DNA of 64,000 nucleotides from Macrostomum lignano (taxonomy: Eukaryota): positions 806,001 through 870,000 of the forward strand of contig NIVC01000038.1 of NCBI GenBank assembly GCA_002269645.1, written 5' to 3'. Positions 48,908 through 59,429 of this stretch are shown here, one piece after another (position 1 is the stretch's first letter; each line of letters begins with the position of its first letter). Position numbers and translations under genes: made by a program. Under the pieces are notes generated by a model. It saw only the letters and a list, made by a program, of their open reading frames with translations, made no database searches and had not been told where the DNA came from.

Positions 48908-50133
48908 TGTAATAGGGTCGATCTTTTATTCTTACTAATAGTAGTTTTAAGCGGGTTTAATGAGCTATTTTTACTCAGCCAATCAGTAAATTTCCTTGTT
49001 TAAATCCCTTAATTATTTTGTTTTAACTAACTTCAGCCAATGGAGTTTAATAATTGTTATAATTTCGTAAGCTATTTTGTTATAATTAATTTCATCCAAT
49101 CAAATTAAGTTTTATCCTCTATATAAACGGAACGATTGACCAAGAATAAAATTAACTTGCTCTTCCGCGAATTTTCGCGAGCTCGCTCTCAACCGGAGAA
49201 GAAGCGTTTTTGCCATCCAAACCAAAACGTGAGTTAAAACTTGCGAGTCTTAGTTCTTTGTAGGAATAGGGAGAAATCAGAGGTCGTGGAGACCCAGAAC
49301 TAAGGATCTGAATAGGGAGAAATCAGAGGTCGTGGAGACCCAGAACTAGGGATCTGAATAGGGAGAAATCAGAGGTCGTGGAGACCCAGAACTAGGGATC
49401 TAAATAGGGAGAAATCAGAGGTCGTGGAGACCCAGAACTAAGGATCTGAATAGGGAGAAATCAGAGGTCGTGGAGACCCAGAACTAGGGATCTGAATAGG
49501 GAGAAATCAGAGGTCGTGGAGACCCAGAACTAGGGATCTGAATAGGGAGAAACCAGAGGTCGTGGAGACCCAGAACTAGGATCTAAATAGGGAGAAATCA
49601 GAGGTCGTGGAGACCCAGAACTAGGATCTAAATAGGGAGAAATCAGAGGTCGTGGAGACCCAGAACTAGGATCTAAATAGGGGGAAATCAGAGGTCGTGG
49701 AGACCCAAGACAGAGGTCTAAAATTAAGGAGAAATTTAAGGTCGTGCAGACTCTAAGGAAGCCGTACTGGCTAATAATAGGTATTAGGCGCTAGGAAATT
49801 AGGCATTAGAGGAGTGAATTAGCTACTGCTGGACACCCTTGATCCTCGGAAAACGCTAGACTTTCGGACTAAAATTAGGAAATTAGACAGTGTCTTACCG
49901 CTCGGGCACTACACGCTATCACAAGGTTTCCAAGAAATCGTGTGAAATTAGAGAAGGGTCATAGTTCAGAGGCAGCCAATACTACTAGAAGTAGACAGCT
50001 TAGGGACAGGAACCAGAAAGTCTGTGAAAGGCTCAGTAGCTTTAAGGTGGAATTGCAGTTAGAACGAGTACGTCTGCGACAACTTGGTGACATCTAGTGG
50101 GATCTAGAAGAAGGAGGAAACAAATCTGTAACA
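48908..50133 (+). repeat. 3' LTR of Gypsy-1
   Basis: Preceded by a purine tract (aagggaag); identical by eye to the 5' LTR; followed by the TSD. Confidence 0.97.
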
Positions 50134-51872
50134 CAGTCTAACATGACGGGTGAATAATTTTGGCTTTAATAATGAATAATGGGTGAATATAATGTCGGGT
50201 TGCTGCGCAAGTGTCTGGTTGAAAAAATACCTGTTGACAAAATAATGCGGCCGGTTGACGAAATGCCGGTTGACCAAATATCCTAGAACCGTTAATAGTA
50301 TTACCGCAAGCTAAAGTAGCTCCTTATGTGGTTTAGAGCTGCAACTTTTTGCGGTATTTCTTGTACTTTTGCGTTTTGCAATAGCTGTACGCTTATTTAG
50401 GCTAAACCGATGCTAAACCCCATATTTATATTGCTTTTATGCACATTCCTCAATTATTGATCGCACCACTTTCACTCTTTATTGATCGCCTCACCCCATA
50501 TTACGCTCACTCGTGTATGCCTTGCTTTCTCTGAACTCATAGAAATATCGAACCATACCCAAATATATCGCTCAAATACTTTTCCGTTTCCATCGTTTCT
50601 ATCATAGTAGCATTATAGTTTGTTTTTTATCTGTAGTTATATTAGAGAAAACTATGTTTAATTGCTAAAGTAATTTTGTTTTAAATGAATTTACTAAATT
50701 AGCTAAAAGGTAATTATGTATTTGTTATATTATAATAATTTTTTTAAGAAACGAACTTTCCAGAAAGTTCCTTATAAATTCGAAAAAAAATTAAATTATA
50801 CAGTTCGTGCGCGGGCACTTACGTCACATGTAATAACCCATGTTGTTGGACTCACATCTAAGGCTAAGTAAAGGCATTCAGAGTCCATACGCAGCCAGGT
50901 TTTTAATAATACAATACTCATTTATCTAAATGTGTTCCGTGTCGCTAATCACTATATATCACAATTCACAGTGCTTCTGTTTTTATTGCATTGCATTGTG
51001 ATTTAATTGATCTCTTTTTTGACAATTTTTAAGCCGACTAATTTTCTATAGTCAATATATTGGTTTTTAGTCAATATTTTATTATACGTTTTTATTTCAA
51101 AAGTAGTATATTTTGTCTAATTTTTACTCTTTTCTGTCTCAGTTCCTGTTTTTTAAAACAATAAATAGGCTAGAGATAGGGATAGGCCTAGAATAGAACT
51201 TTTGCACACAAATGAAAGTATTCCAAAACTACAAGAGAAAAAGTTTTATTTTATTTTTCCACTTTTCAGCAAACAAATAATTAGTATTCTGCAAATTTAT
51301 GCATACCTTCAGGCTTCAGCTTCAGTTACTATTTATATCTTTAAGAATCAAAACTGTCTATATAGTATATTTGTCAATGTACAATTTTGATTGCTATAGA
51401 CTCCCAAACCAAACTCCTCAACTAAATTACACCAAATTTTGTTCTTACCCTAAACTCACTACAAAGATAGTCTTAGGCTAGGCCTACCTTAAATTTTCTA
51501 AAATCTAAGTCTAGTTACTCAAACAATAAAAAAAGCAGTTTTTTTCACTAAATCCTACATAGTGCCATTCTACTTTTACTAATCCTCTTAAATTTGAGAT
51601 AGACAATCTTCAACTATGTTATGTTGAAAATTGTTATATTATTTTATTGGCTAAGATGGCTATGTTAGGCCTAGCTATAATAGTTTGGTAAAAAATTTGA
51701 ACCATTTCCCTCTATATAGGCAAACTCTATCAATTTAATAGTAAGTAGCAATTTGCAATCCAAGGCAATCTAGCATGGTTTGTAAAAGCAAAATATTTTT
51801 GAAAATGCAATACAAACCTAATTTAATCATAACAAAATTTTAATATTAAGTTTCATCTAAAGGTAACTGTAA

Positions 51873-52551
51873 TCCATAGTCAGGAAGGTGGCAAGTGCAC
51901 ATGGGAATCAATTTATGGAAAAATCCTTGGTGCATGCCAATGTACGCCAATTTTTTAAAACCCTTAACATGACGTTTCTGTTGCATGCCAAAAATCTTAA
52001 ATACCAAAAATCATGAACGCCTCATGTATATGTGATTTGAATATTAACCGTATTAGATACTATTTTTAAATAAATTTTCTACTTACATTAAACAAAGTTT
52101 ATATATAAAAAGGAAATTTGCTACAAAGAACATAGTGAGTATCAAAAACTTTTTCTTCAAATTTCAAGAAACAAATAAACTAAAAGTCTACAAGAGTCAC
52201 AAAATAAGAGCGTTTAAAAGTTATTGGATATTTTAATTTTAATGTTGGCTGTAGAGTGTAGGCCTGGCTGTAGCCTCAACTAGTTGGTTTAATCAATATT
52301 CAAATTCAATTGTTCACGTTTAACTTTATATATTGTATATATATAGTGTATACATCTATATCTGACTTGTTGATATACTGTCAGTTTGTAATTGCACGCC
52401 AAGGTTACATGCCAAGTAAAAAACTTGTACGCTGAAAATTTAGGTGTGGCTTGAGACCCCTATTTGCACGCCAACTTTGCACGCCAAAATTTTAGCGTGG
52501 CTTGTGCACGCGGGAAAATTCCCGCATGCAGGCCACCTTCCTGAGTATGGA
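51873..52551. mobile_element. MITE with 20-bp TIRs
   Basis: tccata(g/c)tcaggaaggtggc at both ends in inverted orientation; repeated gca(c/t)gccaa subterminal motifs; no clear TSD. Confidence 0.75.
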
Positions 52552-52555
52552 CTAT

Positions 52556-53463
52556 TGAAGTACTTCTCCTTCTCGGGTTCTCGAAGATGTTCCTAGAAAA
52601 TAGAACCCGCTGCTCCTGAAGAAGCTAGATAGCACCGCAGTACTACCTATCGATTTGCCTGAAAATGAACCTAAAGCGTTGCCGTTACTTGGTAGGGTTG
52701 CTGCCACCTTGGTGTGCGGACTCGACGCGTCGACAGAGTTGTCTATCCGTCACCTGAAAGAAAATTAACAAAGTCGCTCGGAGCAAAGGCAAATCTGAAA
52801 AATGTCTCGACAGTCGGTCGTCTTAGTAAATGCTGCTCGAACCTGAAAACCTGTAAAACCTGAAATGAGAGAGGAGAGCTCGGAGGCAGTGGCAGCTCCA
52901 ATCTAGGAAGCTCCCGAACGCGGCTCACGATCTGGAGAAAAACGGCTCTCAGATACTCCGTATTTATAGCCGAGCGGACCCCAAAAGTCACGTGAGTTTC
53001 ATGCGGTGAGCGCGTGAAACTTCCTTATTTGGGCATTAAAATCATGCGAACGACGCGTGATTCAAGGCCAACTTCCAAATAAGGCAACCCTGTCACGCAG
53101 CAGTGGCGTGACTCAAGGTCAGTGGCCACGCACAGCGTGCGTGCACAGTCACGTGCTTATTCTGTGCTAAAAATAGAACATGGGCGGATGAGTCATCCTG
53201 TTTACTCCCTCTAGGCAGCCATTATACTCCGCGCAGGTGATGAGTCATCCTGCAACGCCTCCTCAGCGCGAGTGGGAAGACATTGAGTGTGGCTGCCCGC
53301 GCCCGCTCAGGCGATGAGTCATCGGGCAGTAAACACTTAGGCCCAGCACAGGGTAACTCTCTCACTAGCTCAGGTGGACTGAGATACTGTGCAGCGGATC
53401 ACAGCACTCTTAAGGGAAGCTAGTGAATGCTGCTGAATAGCCAGTTAGCAGCCAGTCACTACA
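52556..53463 (-). repeat. 3' LTR of Gypsy-2 (~908 bp)
   Basis: PPT ggacggggagag (53475-53464) immediately followed by TGTAGT; TATA ctataaata at ~52965; probable end ...ACTTCA at 52556 (imperfect inverted terminus). The second LTR is not in the window, so the right boundary is inferred. Confidence 0.75.
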
Positions 53464-53883
53464 CTCTCCCCGTCCAAATTAAATTGCAGCAGCGGAACAA
53501 TGATTCAATTTTATTTGAAAACAAAAAACCGGCTCTAATAAGGCCACTGCATAGTAAGTATTTATTAGCTACAAAAGAAAAGTAAAATTTATTGCGCGCC
53601 AGTCAAAAAGATGGAAAACAAGGCCACACGAATTGCATACGGTATTGCGGATTAACCAGTGATAGTTTTTAGAGATTAGATTGATTAGCTGAGAGATGCA
53701 TTAAATTTTGAGATTAATTTGAAATGGAGATGAATTCCTGATTATTGCGTGTCAGCCTAATTGTAAAGATGTAAATGTTGTCATGTAATTTTAATTTTTG
53801 TTAATAACGAATGAATTTTTCAAAGTCCGTTGGCACGTCGGCGGTTTGACCTAGGAAGAAAAGGGCCTTTAAGATGGCCAATT

Positions 53884-54167
53884 CTAGCGTAGTTGGATGC
53901 GGCGGTTGAGTTGGTAGGGCGGCGATGGTGCGGCGGGCCACTTCCGAGATAGCCTGATTGTGGTCAGGTGGCTCACCTGTGTTGAGGCGTCAGCGTGCTG
54001 CGGCCTGGCCTTGATAGCGGCATTGATCGCTTCCACTAGCTCCGTTTTTGAAAACAACCTAGGCGGCGACGGGGCAGGCGACGGATGGCGAAAACGCGGT
54101 CTCGGCGGAGTGGGCGGCGTGGGGATATCATCTAAATTGATGGTATCTGGCTGCGGCGGCGGCGTCA
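53884..54167 (-). CDS. C-terminal half of the Gypsy-2 accessory ORF
   Basis: Joins in frame to 59256-58620 once the Helitron is removed (..YLGV|MTPPPQ..). Confidence 0.8.
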
Positions 54168-54769
54168 TCCTATATACTAAAAATGAGTTGTCTGTGGGTA
54201 GGTAGGTAGGTAGGTATGCGATAGATTTCAGAAAAAATGGCTCAACCGATTTTCTTCAAACTTGCACCATTCGATCAGAAATTTTCCTGGGACGGTACAT
54301 GCATCTTGGCTAAGAAATTGCTCAATTTTAAAGGGATTAAATATTCGAAAAACATGCTTTTTTGCAAAGGTCAAGCAGCTCTTTCGACCTGAAATGCATT
54401 GTAAAAATGCTAGAGAAAAAACTGACTGACTGAATTTCAATTCTGATAAAGATTGCATCACAACAAGTTGAAAACAGTGCCGAAGAAATGCACACACGAC
54501 TTGATTTAAATTGCGTAACCAATATTGCTAACTCAAATTGAGACTGATACTGGCTGACTGAGAAATTGATTATGTCATAACTTTTTACCCCAATTGACTT
54601 GCTGTAAGAATTGAATTATAAGTGCCACAATTCATGTACTCCAATTGAAAAGAGATAGCCTAGATACGAACAGACTGGACTGCCGACATAGCGACCTGGG
54701 TTCGAATCTTGGTAGTGCAAAATAATTTTTTTATTAAAACACCTTAAAAACACAACAAAACTGCTAAAC

Positions 54770-57700
54770 ATAAAAGAAGCGCAATGTCAAATATAAAAGA
54801 GCCACCATGCCAAACATAAAAGTGCCAACATGTCGAACACAGAAGAGACACCATGTCAAACACAAAAGAGCCACCATGTCAATCATAAAAGAGCCACCAT
54901 GTCGAACATAAAAGAGCCACCATGTAAATCATAAAAGAGCCACCATTTCAAACATAAAAGAGCCACCATTTCGAACATTAAAGAGCCACCATTTCAAATA
55001 TTAAAGAGCCACCATGTCGAACATAAAAGAGCCACTATTTTCGAACATTAAAAAGCGACCATTCGAACATTAAAGAGCGACCATGTCAAACATAAAAGAG
55101 CCAACATGTCAGACATTAAAAAGCCACCGTATCAAATATAAAAGAGTTACCATGTAGAACAAAAAAGAGCCACCATTTTGAACATTAAAGAGCCACCATG
55201 TCAAACATTAAAGAGCCACCATGTCAAACATTAAAGAGCCACCATGTCAAACATTTAAGAGCCGCCATGTCAAACATTTAAGAGCCACCATGTCAAACCT
55301 AAAACAGCCACCATGTCAAACCTAAAACAGCCACCATGTCGAACATAAAAGAGCTACCATGTTAAACATTAAAGAGCCACCATTTCGAACATTAAAGAGC
55401 CACCATGTCAAACATTAAAGAGCCACCATGTCAAACATTAAAGAGCCACCATGTAAAACAAAATAGCCACCATTTCGAACATTAAAGAGCCACCATTTCA
55501 AATATTAAAGAGCCACTATTTTGAACATTAAAGAGCCACCATGTCAAACATTAAAGAGCCACCATGTCAAACCTAAAACAGCCACCATGTCGAACATTAA
55601 AGAGCTATCATGTCAAACATTAAAGAGCCACCATTTCGAACACTTAAGAGCCACAATGTAGAATATTAAAGAGCTACCATGTCAAACATTAAAGAGCCAC
55701 CATGTAAAACAATAAAGAGCCACCATTTGAAACATTAAAGAGCCACCATTTCAAACATGTAAGAGCCACAATGTCAAACCTAAAAGAGCCACCATGTCAA
55801 ACCTAAAACAGCCACCATGTCGAACATAAAAGAGCTACCATGTCAAACATTAAAGAGCCACCATTTCGAACATTAAAGAGCCACCATGTCAAACATTAAA
55901 GAGCCACCATGTCAAACATTAAAGAGCCACCATGTCAAACATTTAAGAGCCGCCATGTCAAACATTACAGAGCCACCATGTCAAACCTAAAACAGCCACC
56001 ATGTCAAACCTAAAACAGCCACCATGTCGAACATAAAAGAGCTACCATGTTAAACATTAAAGAGCCACCATTTCGAACATTAAAGAGCCACCATGTTGAA
56101 CATTAAAGAGCCACCATGTCAAACACAAAAGAGCCACCATGTCAAACCTAAAACAGCCACCATGTCGAACATAAAAGAGCTACCATGTCGAACATTAAAG
56201 AGCCACCATTTCGAACACTTAAGAGCCACAATGTAGAATATTAAAGAGCCACCATGTCAAACATTAAAGAGCCACCATGTCGAACATCAAAGAGCCACCA
56301 TGTCGAACATTAAAGAGCCAACATGTCGAACATTAAAGAGCCACCATGTCAAACATATATGTGACTCCATGTCAAACATATACGTGACTACATGTCAAAC
56401 ATATACGTGACTCCATGTCAAACATAAAAGAGCCACCATGTCAAACATATACGTGACTACATGTCAAACATATACGTGACTCCATGTCAAACATAAAAGA
56501 GCCACCATGTAAAACATATACTTATGACTCTTTGTCGAACATAAAGAGCCACCATGTAAAGCATTTACGTGACTCCATGCCAAATATATACGTGACTCCA
56601 TGTCAAACACATACGTGACTCCATGTCAAACATTAAAGAGCCACCATGTCATATAGTAAGGAGCAACCATGTCAAACATTAAAGAGCCACCAAGTAAAAA
56701 ATTAAGAGCCACTATGTCAAACATTAAAGAGCCACCATGTCAAACATTAAAGAGCCACCATATCGAACACTAAAGAGCCACCATGTCAAACATGTATGTG
56801 ACTCCATGTCAAATATATACGTGACTCCATGTCACACATAAAAGAGCCACCATGTCAAACATTAAAGAGCCACTATGTCAAACATTAAAGAGCCACTATG
56901 TCAAACATTAAAGAGCCACCATGTCAAACATAAAAGAGCCACCATGTCAAACATTAAAGAGCCACTATGACAAACATTAAAGAGCCACTATGTCAAACAT
57001 TAAAGAGCCACCATGTCAAACATTAAAGAGCCACCATGTCAAACATTAAAGAGCCACTATGTCAAACATTAAAGAGCCACCATGTCAAACATAAAAGAGC
57101 CACCATGTCAAACATTAAAGAGCCACTATGTCAAACATTAAAGAGCCACTATGTCAAACATTAAAGAGCCACCATGTCACACATTAAAGAGCCACCATGT
57201 AAAGCATATATGTGACTCCATGCCAAATATATACATGACTCCATGTCTAACACATACGTGACTCCATGTCAAACATTAAAGAGCCACCCTGTCGAACGTT
57301 AAAGAGCCACCCTGTCGAACGTTAAAGAGCCACAATGTAGAACATTAAAGAGCCACCATTTCGAACATTAAAGAGCCATCATGTCAAACATTAAAGAGCC
57401 ACCATGTTGAACATTAAAGAGCCACCATGTCAAATATTAAAGAGCCACAATGTAGAAAATTAAAGAGCCACAATGTAGAATATTAATGAACCACCATGTC
57501 AAACATTAAAAAGCCACCATGTCAAACATTAAAGAGCAACAATGTAGAAAATTAAAGAGCCACAATGCCAAGCATTAAAGAGCCACCATGTCGAACATTA
57601 AAAAGCCACCATGTCAAACAATAAATAGCCACCATGTTGAACATTAAAGAGCCACCATGTCAAACATTAAAGAGCCACCCTGTCGAACATTAAAGAGCTA

Positions 57701-58110
57701 CCATTTCGAACATTAAAGAGCCACCATGTTGAACATTAAAGAGCCACCATGTCAAACAGTAAAGAGCCACCATGTCGAACAATAAAGCGCCACCATGTCG
57801 AACGTTAAAGAGCCACCATGTCAAACATTAAAGAGCCACCATGTCGAACATTAACGAGCCACGATGTCAAACATAAATGAGCTTCCAAGTTAGACATAGA
57901 AGAGCCACCATGTGAAACATATATGTGACTCCATGTCAAACATTAAAGAGCCACCGCTTCTAACATTAAGGAGCCACCATGACAAACATAAAACTGGCAC
58001 GATGTCAAACATTAAAGAGCCACCATGTAGAACATTAAAGAGTCACCATGCCAAACATTAAAAAGCCACCAATTCAAAAATAAAATAGCCACCATTTCAA
58101 ACACAGGAGA
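54770..58110. repeat. 23-bp minisatellite (aaagagccaccatgtcaaacatt), ~140 degenerate units with a variant subfamily (atatacgtgactccatgtcaaac)
   Basis: Directly visible inside the Helitron. Confidence 0.97.
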
Positions 58111-58204
58111 GACATTTTCAAACGTAATAAGAAGCGTCATGCCAATCATAATGCAGCCCCTAGAAAGCTAAGGAAATGTTGCACTATATACTTTTTGTCT
58201 GGTG

Positions 58205-58475
58205 GATGCTTGCTATTTAAGGATAGATACTTGCTATCAATTGGGTGCTTGCTATCTGGGGGTTCTTTCTATCTGGGGTGCTTGCTATATGAGGGATGCT
58301 TGCTATCTGGGGGTGCTTGCTATATGAGGGATGCTTGCTATCTGGGGGTGCTTGCTATATGAGGGATGCTTGCTATCTGGGGGTGCTTGCTATCTGGGGG
58401 TGCTTGCTATCTGGGGGTGCTTGCTATCTGGGGGTGCTTGCTATCTGGGGGGGGGGAGGGGGATGCTTGCTGTCT
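58205..58475. repeat. ~17-bp tandem repeat (gggggtgcttgctatct)
   Basis: About 14 units near the Helitron 3' end. Confidence 0.9.
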
Positions 58476-58619
58476 TGGGATGTTTTCTTTTTGCATTGTG
58501 CTTCATTTGAGCAGTTTTTCTGTTGTCTTTGTGAAGACTCTATTTGGCTGTCTTTTTGTTACTTGTAGAGAACAGAAGTTCTATCCAGATGTCCCCCATC
58601 GGGGGGCGAAGATTGCTAG

Positions 58620-59256
58620 TCACACCTAAATATTGAGCCGGAGGTGGCGAGTGCGGTTGCGGCGGAGTGCGCAGGATATCCATCTGCGGATCGAATAGAG
58701 CCGGTGGTTGGGCGTCTGGGGCGTCCTGTTCTCTTGGAGACAGCAGGTCCTGCAGCGGCGGCAGCAAGTCCTCGCCAGGCTCTTCTTGCAAGGAGCTGAC
58801 CGGACTCCCGAACAGCTGGAGCACCATGTCATCTTGGCGCTGGTGATCGGGCAAGCTCTGCGCCGGAGGCTCTGGTAGCGGCTGCGCCGGTGGCGATCCT
58901 GGTCGGGATGGCGAGATCAGTTTGTCAGCTGCCGGCAGCCGGGCGTTAGCTTGGATTGCGCGCGGCGGGTCTAGCCGGAGGCGGATGGCGGCTGCTTGCT
59001 CCCTGGCAATCGCGAGTGGATCGCCTTGCTGAGTTGGCTGCAACGGCGCCAGCCTGCGCACTTCCACCCGGGCCACTTGACGTGGCCGCTCGTCCCAGCG
59101 ACTTCGGCGCCTGCGGGCCGGGTCGTGCGCTGGTGTTGGAATGGTTTGAATACGGCCGGCAGATAAAGTGGGCCGCGTCCGCTTACGCCCGCTGGCCGGC
59201 GAGGGCGTCCTGGACGGCTCTCGGTCGCGCTTCTTCCGGTTTTCCTTGCCGGTCAT
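58620..59256 (-). CDS. N-terminal part of the Gypsy-2 accessory ORF (basic, then Pro/acidic-rich); ~306 aa when reconstructed
   Basis: ATG 173 nt after the pol stop; RKKRDR, RKRTR and RRRRSRWDE motifs; no signal peptide or TM. Confidence 0.8.
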
Positions 59257-59429
59257 CTTTTAGTTGTTTAATGTTGCTTTTCAGCGCTGGAACAGGCACG
59301 AGGCCGGCGGAAAAAGTTGATTAACCGGCTCAAGTAGGATTTTGACTTTGTTTTAAGAACCAAGCGGTCAGGTTCCTTTCGAGCCCTAACTGGCCTGTCA
59401 TTGACGGCCCATTCGACTTGACTGGTTGA

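Larger units (their letters stand above)
40121..50133 (+). mobile_element. Full-length Ty3/Gypsy LTR retrotransposon (Gypsy-1) with a third ORF
   Basis: 1226-bp LTRs TG..CA at 40121-41346 and 48908-50133; 4-bp TSD CAGT (40117-40120 and 50134-50137); PBS; gag; PR-RT-RH-IN; ORF3. Confidence 0.97.
54168..58619 (+). mobile_element. Non-autonomous Helitron (4452 bp)
   Basis: 5' TCCTATATACTAAAA after A54167; 3' hairpin ccccc-atc-ggggg followed by CTAG (58616-58619) before T58620; no TSD; the empty site restores the host ORF. Contains (GTAG)n, ccgattttcttcaaactt and large minisatellites. Confidence 0.9.

Noticed and set aside
58540-58619. C-terminus TSNLRPPMGDIWIELLFSTSNKKTAK of the 238-aa track ORF
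   Set aside because: It derives from read-through into the Helitron 3' end; the native C-terminus is at 54167-53884.
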